Below the pieces are notes generated by a model that saw only the letters and a program-made list of their open reading frames with translations, was not told where the DNA came from and ran no database searches. This document shows, piece by piece, positions 1 through 13,500 of a stretch of 64,000 nt of DNA. How positions within the stretch are numbered: position 1 is the stretch's first letter; every line of letters begins with the position of its first letter. A program made the position numbers and the translations under genes. The stretch lies in NCBI GenBank assembly GCA_964016885.1, contig OZ024744.1, positions 19,158,001 to 19,222,000 on the forward strand. Reading direction: 5' to 3'. The stretch comes from Eledone cirrhosa. Its lineage: Eukaryota.

Positions 1-1430
1 TATGCCTGTGTCACTGTGTATGTCACTGTGTGTTTCTGTATGTCTGTGTCACTGTGTATGTCACTGGGTGTTTCTCTATGTCTGTGTCACTTTGTATGTC
101 ACTGTATCTTTGTGTATGTATGTGTCACTGTGTATGTCCCTGTATCTTTGTGTATGTCTGTGTCACCGTGTATGTCACTGTATCTTTGTGTATGTATGTG
201 TCACTGTGTAAGTCATTGTATCTTTGTGTATGTCTGTGGCACTCTGTATGTCACTGTGTGTTTCTATATGTCTGTGTCACTGTCTATGTCACTGTATCTT
301 TGTGTATGTATGTGTCACTGTGTATGTCACTGTGTGTTTCTGTATGTCTGTGTCTCTGTGTATGTCACTGTATCTCTGTGTATGTCTGTGTCACTGTGTA
401 TGTCACTGTGTGTTTGTGTATGCCTGTGTGACTGTGTATTTCACTGTTTGTTTCTTTATGTATGTGTCACTGTGTATGTCACTGTGTGTTTCTGTATGTC
501 TGTGTCACTGTGTATGTCACTGTATCTTTGTGTATGTCTGTGTCACTGTGTATGTCACTGTGTGTTTCTGTATGTCTGTGTCACTGTGTATGTCATTGTG
601 TGTTTCTGTATGCCTGTGTCTGTGTATGTCACTGTATCTTTGTGTATGTCTGTGTCACCGTGTATGTCACTGTATATTTGTGTATGTCTATGGCACTATG
701 TATGTCATTGTGTGTTTCTGTATGTCTGTGTCACTGTCTATGTCACTGTATCTTTGTGTATGTATGTGTCACTGCGTATGCCACTGGGTGTTTCTGTATG
801 TCTGTGTCACTGTATATCACTGTATCGTTGTGTATGTCTGTGTCACCGTGTATGCCATTGTATCTTTGTGTATGTCTATGTCACTGTGTATGTCACTGTA
901 TCTTTGTGTATGTCTGTGTCACTGTGTACGTCACTGTGTGTTTCTGTATGTCTGTGTCAAGGTGTATGTCACTGTATGTTTGTGTATGTCTGTGTCACTG
1001 TGTATGTCACTGTGTGTTTCTCAATGTATGTGTCACTGTGTATGTCACTGTGTGTTTCTGTATATCTGTGTCTCTGTGTATGTCACTGTATCTGTGTGTA
1101 TGTCTGTGTCACTGTGTATGTCACTGTATATGTGTGTATGTCTGTGTCACTGTGTATGTCACTGTGTGTTTCTGTATGTCTGTGTCACTGTGTATGTCAC
1201 TGTATGTTTGTGTGTGCCTGTGTCACTGTGTATGTCACTGTGTTTTTGCGTGTGTCTGTGTCACTGTGTATGTCACTGTGTGTTTGTGTATGTATGTGTC
1301 ACTGTGTATGTCACTGTGTGTTTCTGTATGTCTGTGTCGCTGTGTATGTCACTGTGTGTTTCTGTATGTCTGTGTCACTGTGTATGTCACTGTATGTTTT
1401 TGTATGTCTGTGTCACTGTGAATGCCACTG

Positions 1431-1458
1431 TATTTTTGTGTATGTCTGTGTCACTGTG
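1431..1458 (-). other. Representative 12-RSS-like motif: CACAGTG-ACACAGACATAC-ACAAAAATA (the same geometry recurs in most monomers; function not shown)
   Basis: The + strand reads TATTTTTGT (1431-1439), 12 bp (1440-1451), CACTGTG (1452-1458). This is a perfect heptamer, an exact 12-bp spacer and a 7/9 match to nonamer ACAAAAACC. Confidence refers to the motif being RSS-like in a meaningful sense. Confidence 0.5.
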
Positions 1459-1558
1459 TGTGTCACTGTGTATGTCACTGTGTGTTTCTGTATGTCTGTG
1501 TCACTGTGTATGTCACTGTATGTTTTTGTATGACTGTGTCACTGTGTATGTCACTGTA

Positions 1559-1596
1559 TGTTTTTGTATGTCTGTGTCACTGTGTATGTCACTGTG
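1559..1596 (-). other. Representative 23-RSS-like motif with a 22-bp spacer: CACAGTG-N22-ACAAAAACA (function not shown)
   Basis: The + strand reads TGTTTTTGT (1559-1567), 22 bp (1568-1589), CACTGTG (1590-1596). This is a perfect heptamer and an 8/9 nonamer, with the spacer one base short of canonical. Confidence 0.4.
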
Positions 1597-4500
1597 TGTT
1601 TATGTATGTCTGTGTCACTGTGTATGTCACTGTATCTTTGTGTATGGCTGTGTCACTGTGTATGTCACTGTGTTTTTGGGTATGTCTGTGTCACTGTGTA
1701 TTTGTGTATGCCTGTGCCACTGTGTATGTCACTGTATGTTTTTGTATGTATGTGTCAGTAAGTATGTCACTGGGTGTTTCTGTATGTCTGTGTCACTGTG
1801 TATGTCACTGTATGTTTTTGTATGTCTGTGTCACTGTGTATGTCACTCTGTGTTTCTCTATGTCTGTGTCACTGTGTATGTCACTGTATATTTGTGTATG
1901 TCTGTGTCACTGTGTATGTCACTGTATATTTGTGTATGTCTGTGTCACCGTGTATGTCACTGTATATTTGTGTATGTCTATGGCACTATGTATGTCATTG
2001 TGTGTTTCTGTATGTCTGTGTCACTGTCTATGTCACTGTATCTTTGTGTATGTATGTGTCAGTGCGTATGTCACTGGGTGTTTCTGTATGTCTGTGTCAC
2101 TCTGTATATCACTGTATCTTTGTGTATGTCTGTGTCACCGTGTATGCCATTGTATCTTTGTGTATGTCTATGTCACTGTGTATGTCACTGTATCTTTGTG
2201 TATGTCTGTGTCACTGTGTATGTCACTGTGTGTTTGTGTATGTCTGTGTCAAGGTGTATGCCACTGTATGTTTGTGTATGTATGTGTCACTGTGTATGTC
2301 ACTGTGAGATTATGTATGTCTGAGGCACTGTGTATGTCACAGTGTGTTTCTGTATGTCTGTGTCACTGTGTATGTCACTGTATGTCTCTGTATGTCTGTG
2401 TCACTGTCTATGTCACTGTATCGTTGTGTATGTCTGTGTCACTGTGTATGTCACTGTGTGTTTCTCAATGTATGTGTCACTGTGTATGTCACTGTGTGTT
2501 TCTGTATGTCTGTGTCTCTATGTATGTCACTGTATCTTTGTGTATGTCTGTGTCTCTGTGTATGTCACTGGGTGTTTCTGTATGTCTGTGTCACTGTGTA
2601 TGTCACTGTGTGTTTCTGTATATCTGTGTCTCTGTGTATGTCACTGTATCTGTGTGTATGTATGTGTCACTGTGTATGTCACTGTATATGTGTGTATGTG
2701 TGTGTCATTGTGTATGTCACTGTGTGTTTCTGTATGTATGTGTCACTGTGTATGTAACTGTATATTGTGTATGTTTGTGTCACTGTGTATGTCCCTGTCT
2801 GTTTATGTATGTCTGTGTCACTGTTTGTGTCACTGTGTGTTTCTGTATGCCTGTGTCTCTGTGTATGTCAATGTGTCTTTGTATATGTCTGTGTCACGGC
2901 GTATGTCACTGTATGTTTGTGTATGTCTGTGTCACTGTGTATATCACTGTATGTTTGTGTATGCCTGTGTCACTGTGTATGTCACCCTATGTTTGTCTAT
3001 GTCTGTGTCACTGTGTATGTCACTGTATGTTTCTGTATGTCTGCCTCACTGTGTATGTCAATGTGTGTTTCTGTATCTCTGTGTCACGGCGTATGTCACT
3101 GTATGTTTGTGTATGTCTGTGTCACTGTGTATGTCACTGTATGTTTCTCTATGTCTGTGTCACTGTGTATGTCACTGTATGTTTCTGTATGTCTGTGCCA
3201 CTGTGTATGTCACTGTATGTTTCTGTATGTCGGTGTCACTGTGTATGTCACTGTATGTTTCTCTATGTCTGTGTCACTATGTATGTAACTGTATGTTTGT
3301 GTATGTCTGTGTCACTGTGTATGTCACTGTATGTTTGTGTATGTCTGTGTCACTGTCTATGTCACTGTGTGTTTCTGTATGTCTGTGTCATTGTGTATGT
3401 CACTGTATGTTTCTGTATGTCTGTGTCACTGTGTATATCACTGTGTAAATCACTGTGTGTTCCTGTATGTCTGTGTCACTGTGTATGTCACTGTATCTTT
3501 GTGTATGTATGTGTCACCGTGTATGTCACTGTATCTCTGTGTATGTCTGTGTCACTGTCAATGTCACTGTATCTATGTGTATGTCTGTGTCACTGTGTAT
3601 GTCACTGTGTGTTTGTGTATGCATGTGTCACTGTGTATGTCACTGGGTGTTTCTGTGTGTCTGTGTCACTCTGTATGTCACTGTATCTTTGTGTATGTCT
3701 GTGTCACCGTGTATGTCACTGTATCTTTGTGTATGTATGTGTCACTGTGTATGTCACTTTGTGTTTCTGTATGTCTGTGTCACGGTGTATGTCACTGTAT
3801 GTTTGTGTATGTCTGTGTCACTGTGTATGTCATTGTGAGTTTCTGTATGTATGTGTCACTGTGTATGTCACTGTGTGTTTCTGTATGTATGTGTCACTGT
3901 GTATGTCACTGTATCTTTGTGTATGTCTGTGTCACTGTGTATGTCACTGTGTGTTTCTGTATGTCTGTGTCACTGTGTATGTCATTGTGTGTTTCTGTAT
4001 GCCTGTGCCTGTGTATGTCACTGTATCTGTGTGTATGTCTGTGTCACGGTGTATGTCACTGTATGTTTGTGTATGCCTGTGTCATTCTTATATCAATGAA
4101 TGTTTCTGTATGTCTATGTCTCTGTGTATGTCACTGTATCTTTGTGTATGTATGTGGCACTCTGTATGTCATTGTGTGTTTCTGTATGTCTGTGTCACTG
4201 TCTATGTCACTGTATCTTTGTGTATGTCTGTGTCACTGTGTATGTCACTGTGTGTTTGTGTATGCCTGTGTCACTGTGTATGTCACTGTGTGTTTCTGTA
4301 TGTCTGTGTCACTGTGTATGTCACTGGGTGTTTCTCTATGTCTGTGTCACTTTGTATGTCACTGTATCTTTGTGTATGTATGTGTCACTGTGTATGTCCC
4401 TGTATCTTTGTGTATGTCTGTGTCACCGTGTATGTCACTGTATCTTTGTGTATGTATGTGTCACTGTGTAAGTCATTGTATCTTTGTGTATGTCTGTGGC

Positions 4501-7500
4501 ACTCTGTATGTCACTGTGTGTTTCTATATGTCTGTGTCACTGTCTATGTCACTGTATCTTTGTGTATGTATGTGTCACTGTGTATGTCACTGTGTGTTTC
4601 TGTATGTCTGTGTCTCTGTGTATGTCACTGTATCTCTGTGTATGTCTGTGTCACTGTGTATGTCACTGTGTGTTTGTGTATGCCTGTGTGACTGTGTATT
4701 TCACTGTTTGTTTCTTTATGTATGTGTCACTGTGTATGTCACTGTGTGTTTCTGTATGTCTGTGTCACTGTGTATGTCACTGTATCTTTGTGTATGTCTG
4801 TGTCACTGTGTATGTCACTGTGTGTTTCTGTATGTCTGTGTCACTGTGTATGTCATTGTGTGTTTCTGTATGCCTGTGTCTGTGTATGTCACTGTATCTT
4901 TGTGTATGTCTGTGTCACCGTGTATGTCACTGTATATTTGTGTATGTCTATGGCACTATGTATGTCATTGTGTGTTTCTGTATGTCTGTGTCACTGTCTA
5001 TGTCACTGTATCTTTGTGTATGTATGTGTCACTGCGTATGCCACTGGGTGTTTCTGTATGTCTGTGTCACTGTATATCACTGTATCGTTGTGTATGTCTG
5101 TGTCACCGTGTATGCCATTGTATCTTTGTGTATGTCTATGTCACTGTGTATGTCACTGTATCTTTGTGTATGTCTGTGTCACTGTGTACGTCACTGTGTG
5201 TTTCTGTATGTCTGTGTCAAGGTGTATGTCACTGTGTGTTTCTGTATATCTGTGTCTCTGTGTATGTCACTGTATCTGTGTGTATGACTGTGTCACTGTG
5301 TATGTCACTGTATATGTGTGTATGCCTGTGTCACTGTGTATGTCACTGTGTGTTTCTGTATGTCTGTGTCACTGTGTATGTCACTGTATGTTTGTGTGTG
5401 TCTGTGTCACTGTGTATGTCACTGTGTTTTTGCGTGTGTCTGTGTCACTGTGTATGTCACTGTGTGTTTGTGTATGTATGTGTCACTGTGTATGTCACTG
5501 TGTGTTTCTGTATGTCTGTGTCGCTGTGTATGTCACTGTGTGTTTCTGTATGTCTGTGTCACTGTGTATGTCACTGTATGTTTTTGTATGTCTGTGTCAC
5601 TGTGAATGCCACTGTATTTTTGTGTATGTCTGTGTCACTGTGTATGTCACTGTATCTTTGTGTATGGCTGTGTCACTGTGTGTGTCACTGTGTATGTCAC
5701 TGTATGCTTCTGTATGTCTGTGTCACTGTGTATGTCACTGTGTGTTTCTGTATGTCTGTGTCACTGTGTATGTCACTGTGTGTTTTTGTATGTCTGTGTC
5801 ACTGTGTATGTCACTGTATGTTTTTATATGTCTGTGTCACTGTGTATGTCACTGTGTGTTTATGTCTGTGTCACTGTGTATGTCACTGTATCTTTGTGTA
5901 TGGCTGTGTCACTGTGTATGTCACTGTGTTTTGGGGTATGTCTGTGTCACTGTGTATGTCACTGTGTATTTGTGTATGGCTGTGCCACTGTGTATGTCAC
6001 TGTATGTTTTTGTATGTATGTGTCAGTGCGTATGTCACTGGGTGTTTCTGTATGTCTGTGTCACTGTGTATGTCACTGTATGTTTTTGTATGTCTGTGTC
6101 ACTGTGTATGTCACTCTGTGTTTCTCTATGTCTGTGTCACTGTGTATGTCACTGTATATTTGTGTATGTCTGTGTCACTGTGTATGTCACTGTATATTTG
6201 TGTATGTCTGTGTCACCGTGTATGTCACTGTATATTTGTGTATGTCTATGGCACTATGTATGTCATTGTGTGTTTCTGTATGTATGTGTCACTGTCTATG
6301 TCACTGTATCTTTGTGTATGTATGTGTCAGTGCGTATGTCACTGGGTGTTTCTGTATGTCTGTGTCACTCTGTATATCACTGTATCTTTGTGTATGTTTG
6401 TGTCACCGTGTATGCCATTGTATCTTTGTGTATGTCTATGTCACTGTGTATGTCACTGTATCTTTGTGTATGTCTGTGTCACTGTGTATGTCACTGTGTG
6501 TTTGTGTATGTCTGTGTCTAGGTGTATGTCACTGTATGTTTGTGTATGTCTGTGTCACTGTGTATGTCACTGTGAGATTATGTATGTATGAGGCACTGTG
6601 TATGTCACAGTGTGTTTCTGTATGTCTGTGTCACTGTGTATGTCACTGTATGTCTCTGTATGTCTGTGTCACTGTCTATGTCACTGTATCGTTGTGTATG
6701 TCTGTGTCACTGTGTATGTCACTGTGTGTTTCTCAATGTATGTGTCACTGTGTATGTCACTGTGTGTTTCTGCATGTCTGTGTCTCTATGTATGTCACTG
6801 TATCTTTGTGTATGTCTGTGTCTCTGTGTATGTCACTGGGTGTTTCTGTATGTCTGTGTCACTGTGTATGTCACTGTGTGTTTCTGTATATCTGTGTCTC
6901 TGTGTATGTCACTGTATCTGTGTGTATGTCTGTGTCACTGTGTATGTCACTGTATATGTGTGTATGTGTGTGTCATTGTGTATGTCACTGTGTGTTTCTG
7001 TATGTATGTGTCACTGTGTATGTAACTGTATATTTTGTATGTTTGTGTCACTGTGTATGTCACTGTCTGTTTATGTATGTCTGTGTCACTGTTTGTGTCA
7101 CTGTGTGTTTCTGTATGCCTGTGTCTCTGTGTATGTCAATGTGTCTTTGTATATGTCTGTGTCACGGCGTATGTCACTGTATGTTTGTGTATGTCTGTGT
7201 CACTGTGTATATCACTGTATGTTTGTGTATGCCTGTGTCACTGTGTATGTCACCCTATGTTTGTCTATGTCTGTGTCACTGTGTATGTCACTGTATGTTT
7301 CTGTATGTCTGTGTCACTGTGTATGTCAATGTGTGTTTCTGTATCTCTGTGTCACGGCGTATGTCACTGTATGTTTGTGTATGTCTGTGTCACTGTGTAT
7401 GTCACTGTATTTTTCTCTATGTCTGTGTCACTGTGTATGTCACTGTATGTTTCTGTATGTCTGTGCCACTGTGTATGTCACTGTATGTTTCTGTATGTCG

Positions 7501-10500
7501 GTGTCACTGTGTATGTCACTGTATGTTTCTCTATGTCTGTGTCACTATGTATGTAACTGTATGTTTGTGTATGTCACTGTATGTTTGTGTATGTCTGTGT
7601 CACGGTCTATGTCACTGTGTGTTTCTGTATGTCTGTGTCATTGTGTATGTCACTGTATGTTTCTGTATGTCTGTGTCACTGTGTATATCACTGTGTATAT
7701 CACTGTGTGTTCCTGCATGTCTGTGTCACTGTGTATGTTACTCTATCTTTGTGTATGTATGTGTCACCGTGGATGTCACTGTATCTCTGTGTATGTCTGT
7801 GTCACTGTCAATGTCACTGTATCTTTGTGTATGTCTGTGTCACTGTGTATGTCACTGTGTGTTTGTGTATGCATGTGTCACTGTGTATGTCACTGGGTGT
7901 TTCTGTGTGTCTGTGTCACTCTGTAAGTCACTGTATCTTTGTGTATGTATGTGTCACCGTGTATGTCACTGTATCTTTGTGTATGTATGTGTCACTGTGT
8001 ATGTCACTTTGTGTTTCTGTATGTCTGTGTCACGGTGTATGTCACTGTATGTTTGTGTATGTCTGTGTCACTGTGTATGTCATTGTGAGTTTCTGTATGT
8101 ATGTGTCACTGTGTATGTCACTGTGTGTTTCTGTATGTCTGTGTCACTGTGTATGTCACTGTATCTTTGTGTATGTCTGTGTCACTGTGTATGTCACTGT
8201 ATCTTTGTGTATGTCTGTGTCACGGTGTATGTCACTGTATGTTTGTGTATGCCTGTGTCACTCTTATATCAATGAATGTTTCTGTATGTCTATGTCTCTG
8301 TGTATGTCACTGTATCTTTGTGTATGTCTGTGTCACTCTGTATGTAATTGTGTGTTTATGTATGTCTGTGTCACTGTCTATGTCACTGTATCTTTGTGTA
8401 TGTATGTGTCACTGTGTATGTCACTGTGTGTTTGTGTATGCCTGTGTCACTGTGTATGTCACTGTGTGTTTCTGTATGTCTGTGTCACTGTGTATGTCAC
8501 TGGGTGTTTCTCTATGTCTGTGTCACTTTGTATGTCACTGTATCTTTGTGTATGTATGTGTCACTGTGTATGTCCCTGTATCTTTGTGTATGTCTGTGTC
8601 ACCGTGTATGTCACTGTATCTTTGTGTATGTATGTGTCACTGTGTAAGTCCTTGTATCCTTGTGTATGTCTGTGGCACTCTGTATGTCACTGTGTGTTTC
8701 TATATGTCTGTGTCACTGTCTATGTCACTGTATCTCTGTGTATGTATGTGTCACTGTGTATGTCAATGTGTGTTTCTGTATGTCTGTGTCTGTGTATGTC
8801 ACTGTATCTCTGTGTATGTCTGTGTCACTGTGTATGTCACTGTGTGTTTGTGTATGCCTGTGTGACTGTGTATTTCACTGTTTGTTTCTTTATGTCTGTG
8901 TCACTGTGTATGTCACTGGGTGTTTCTGTATGTCTGTGTCACTCTGTATGTCACTCTATCTTTGTGTATGTATCTGTCACCGTGTATGTCACTGTGTCTT
9001 TGTGTATATGTGTGTAACCATGTAAGTAACTTATCTTTGTGTATGTCTGTGTCACTGTGTATGTCGCTGTGTCTTTCTGTATGTCTGTGTATCTGTGTAT
9101 GTCACTGTATCTTTGTGGATGTCTGTGTCACCGTGTATGTCACTGTATCTTTGTGTATGTCTATGTCACTGTGTATGTCAATTCTGTGTTTCTGTATGTC
9201 TGTGTCACTGTGAATGTCACTGTATCTTTGTGTATGTCTGTGTCGCGGTGTATGTCACTGTATCTTTGTGTATGTCTGTGTCACAGTGTATGTCACTGTA
9301 TGTTTCTGTATGTCTGTCACTGTGTATATCAATGCATGTTTATGTATGCCTGTGTCACTGTGTATATCAATGTATGTTTCTGTATGTCTATGTCTCTGTA
9401 TGTCACTGTATCTTTGTGTATGACTGTGTCACTGTGTATGTCACTGTGTGTTTGTGTGTGTCTGTGTCACTGTGTATGTCACTGTATGTTTCTCTATGTC
9501 TGTGTCACTGTGTATGTCACTGTATGTTTCTGTATGTCTGTGCCACTGTGTATGTCACTGTATGTTTCTGTATGTCGGTGTCACTGTGTATGTCACTGTA
9601 TGTTTCTCTATGTCTGTGTCACTGTGTATGTCACTGTGTGTTTCTGTATGTCTGTGTCACTGTGTATGTCACTGTATGTTTCTGTATGTCTGTGTCACTG
9701 TGTATGTCAATGTGTTTGTATGTGTTTGTGTCACTGTGTATGTCACTGTATGTTTCTGTATGTCTGTGTCACTGTGTATGTCACTGTATGTTTGTGTGTG
9801 TCTGTGTCACTGTGTATGTCACTGTGTTTTTGCGTGTGTCTGTGTCACTGTGTATGTCACTGTGTGTTTGTGTATGTATGTGTCACTGTGTATGTCACTG
9901 TGTGTTTCTGTATGTCTGTGTCACTGTGTATGTCATTGTGTGTTTCTGTATGTCTGTGTCACAGTGTATGTCACTGTATGTTTTTGTATGCCTGTGTCAC
10001 TGTGTATGCCACTGTATTTTTGTGTATGTCTGTGTCACTGTGTATGTCACTGTGTATTTATGTATGTCTGTGTCACTGTGTATGTCACTGTATGTTTTTG
10101 TATGTCTGTGAAACTGTGTATGTCACTGTATGTTTTTGTATGTCTGTGTCACTGTGTATGTCACTGTGTGTTTATGTATGTATGTGTCACTGTGTATGTC
10201 ACTGTATCTTTGTGTATGGCTGTGTCACTGTGTATGTCACTGTATGTTTGTGTATGTCTGTGTCACTGTGTATGTCACTCTGTGTTTCTCTATGTCTGTG
10301 TCACTGTGTATGTCACTGTACTTTTGTGTATGTCTGTGTCACCGTGTATGTCACTGTATATTTGTGTATGTCTGTGTCACTGTGTATGTCACTGTATCTT
10401 TGTGTATGTCTGTGTCACCGTGTATGTCACTGTATATTTGTGTATGTCTGTGGCACTATGTATGTCATTGTGTGTTTCTGTATGTCTGTGTCACTGTCTA

Positions 10501-13500
10501 TGTCACTGTATCTTTGTGTATGTCTGTGTCACTGTGTACGTCACTGTGTTTTTGCGTGTGTCTGTGTCACTGTGTATGTCACTGTGTGTTTCTGTATGTC
10601 TGTGTCACTGTGTATGTCACTGTGTGTTTCTGTATGTCTGTGTCACTGTGTATGTCACTGTATGTTTGTGTGTGTCTGTGTCACTGTGTATGTCACTGTG
10701 TTTTTGCGTGTGTCTGTGTCACTGTGTATGCCACTGTGTGTTTGTGTATGTATGTGTCACTGTGTATGTCACTGTGTGTTTCTGTATGTCTGCGTCGCTG
10801 TGTATGTCACTGTGTGTTTCTGTATGTCTGTGTCACTGTGTATGTCACTGTATGTTTTTGTATGTCTGTGTCACTGTGAATGCCACTGTATTTTTGTGTA
10901 TGTCTGTGTCACTGTGTGTGTCACTGTGTATGTCACTGTATGTTTTTGTATGTCTGTGTCTCTCTGTATGTCACTGTATCTTTGTGTATGTCTGTGTCTC
11001 TGTGTATGTCACTGGGTGTTTCTGTATGTCTGTGTCACTGTGTATGTCACTGTGTGTTTCTGTATATCTGTGTCTCTGTGTATGTCACTGTATCTGTGTG
11101 TATGTCTGTGTCACTGTGTATGTCACTGTATATGTGTGTATGTGTGTGTCATTGTGTATGTCACTGTGTGTTTCTGTATGTATGTGTCACTGTGTATGTA
11201 ACTGTATATTGTGTATGTTTGTGTCACTGTGTATGTCACTGTCTGTTTATGTATGTCTGTGTCACTGTTTGTGTCACTGTGTGTTTCTGTATGCCTGTGT
11301 CTCTGTGTATGTCAATGTGTCTTTGTATATGTCTGTGTCACGGCGTATGTCACTGTATGTTTGTGTATGTCTGTGTCACTGTGTATATCACTGTATGTTT
11401 GTGTATGCCTGTGTCACTGTGTATGTCACCCTATGTTTGTCTATGTCTGTGTCACTGTGTATGTCACTGTATGTTTCTGTATGTCTGCCTCACTGTGTAT
11501 GTCAATGTGTGTTTCTGTATCTCTGTGTCACGGCGTATGTCACTGTATGTTTGTGTATGTCTGTGTCACTGTGTATGTCACTGTATGTTTCTCTATGTCT
11601 GTGTCACTGTGTATGTCACTGTATGTTTTTGTATGTCTGTGCCACTGTGTATGTCACTGTATGTTTCTGTATGTCTGTGTCACTGTGTATGTCACTGTGA
11701 GATTATGTATGTCTGAGGCACTGTGTATGTCACAGTGTGTTTCTGTATCTCTGTGTCACTGTGTATGTCACTGTATTTTTGTGTATGTCTGTGTCACTGT
11801 GTGTGTCAATGTGTATGTCACTGTATGCTTCTGTATGTCTGTGTCACTGTGTATGTCACTGTGTGTTTCTGTATGTCTGTGTCACTGTGTATGTCACTGT
11901 ATGTTTTTGTATGTCTGTGTCACTGTGTATGTCACTGTGTGTTTATGTATGTCTGTGTCACTGTGTATGTCACTGTATCTTTGTGTATGGCTGTGTCACT
12001 GTGTATGTCACTGTGTGTTTGGGTATGTCTGTGTCACTGTGTATTTGTGTATGGCCGTGCCACTGTGTATGTCACTGTATGTTGTGTATGTCTGTGTCAC
12101 TGTGTATGTCACTGTATTTTTGTGTATGTCTGTGTCACCGTGTATGTCACTGTATATGTGTGTATGTCTGTGTCACTGTGTATGTCACTGTATCTTTGTG
12201 TATGTCTGTGTCACCGTGTATGTCACTGTATATTTGTGTATGTCTATGGCACTATGTATGTCATTGTGTGTTTCTGTATGTCTGTGTCACTGTCTATGTC
12301 ACTGTATCTTTGTGTATGTATGTGTCACTGCGTATGTCACTGGGTGTTTCTGTATGTCTGTGTCACTGTATATCACTGTATCTTTGTGTATGTCTGTGTC
12401 ACCGTGTATGCCATTGTATCTTTGTGTATGTCTATGTCACTGTGTATGTCACTGTATCTTTGTGTATGTCTGTGTCACTGTGTACGTCACTGTGTGTTTC
12501 TGTATGTCTGTGTCAAGGTGTATGTCACTGTATGTTTGTGTATGTCTGTGTCACTGTGTATGTCACTGTGTGTTTCTCAATGTATGTGTCACTGTGTATG
12601 TCACTGTGTGTTTCTGTATATCTGTGTCTCTGTGTAAGTCACTGTATCTGTGTGTATGTCTGTGTCACTGTGTATGTCACTGTATATGTGTGTATGTCTG
12701 TGTCATTGTGTATGTCACTGTGTGTTTCTGTATGTCTGTGTCACTGTGTATGTCACTGTATGTTTGTGTGTGTCTGTGTCACTGTGTATGTCACTGTGTG
12801 TTTCTCAATTTATGTGTCACTGTGTATGTCACTGTGTGTTTCTGTATATCTGTGTCTCTGTGTATGTCACTGTATCTGTGTGTATGTCTGTGTCACTGTG
12901 TATGTCACTGTATATGTGTGTATGTCTGTGTCACTGTGTATGTCACTGTGTGTTTCTGTACGTCTATGTCACTGTGTATGTCACTGTATGTTTGTGTGTG
13001 TCTGTGTCACTGTGTATGTCACTGTGTTTTTGCGTGTGTCTGTGTCACTGTGTATGTCACTGTGTGTTTGTGTATGTATGTGTCAATGTGTATGTCAATG
13101 TGTGTTTCTGTATGTCTGTGTCGCTGTATATGTCACTGTATGTTTTTGTATGTCTGTGTCACTGTGTATGTCACTGTATCTTTGTGTATGGCTGTGTCAC
13201 TGTGTATGTCACTGTGCTTTGGGGTATGTCTGTGTCACTGTGTATGTCACTGTGTATTTGTGTATGGCTGTGCCACTGTGTATGTCACTGTATGTTTTTG
13301 TATGTATGTGTCAGTGCGTATGTCACTGGGTGTTTCTGTATGTCTGTGTCACTGTGTATGTCACTGTATGTTTTTGTATGTCTGTGTCACTGTGTATGTC
13401 ACTGTATATTTGTGTATGTCTGTATCACCGTGCATGTCACTGTATATTTGTGTATGTTTATGGCACTATGTATGTCATTGTGTGTTTCTGTATGTCTGTG

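Larger units (their letters stand above)
1..8900 (+). repeat. Two tandem copies of an approximately 4.2-4.3 kb higher-order repeat (about 112 monomers)
   Basis: Bases 1-975 match 4261-5235 line for line (offset 4260). Marker GTGAGATTATG..TGAGGCAC recurs at about 2305 and 6573 (offset 4268). Marker CTTATATCAATGAATG recurs at about 4087 and 8263 (offset 4176). Confidence 0.93.

Noticed and set aside
683-690. CACTATG variant on the + strand resembling a ProtoRAG/Transib TIR start
   Set aside because: It is a single substitution of CACTGTG (actual site at about 694-700 and in other copies). There is no inverted partner, target-site duplication or transposase.
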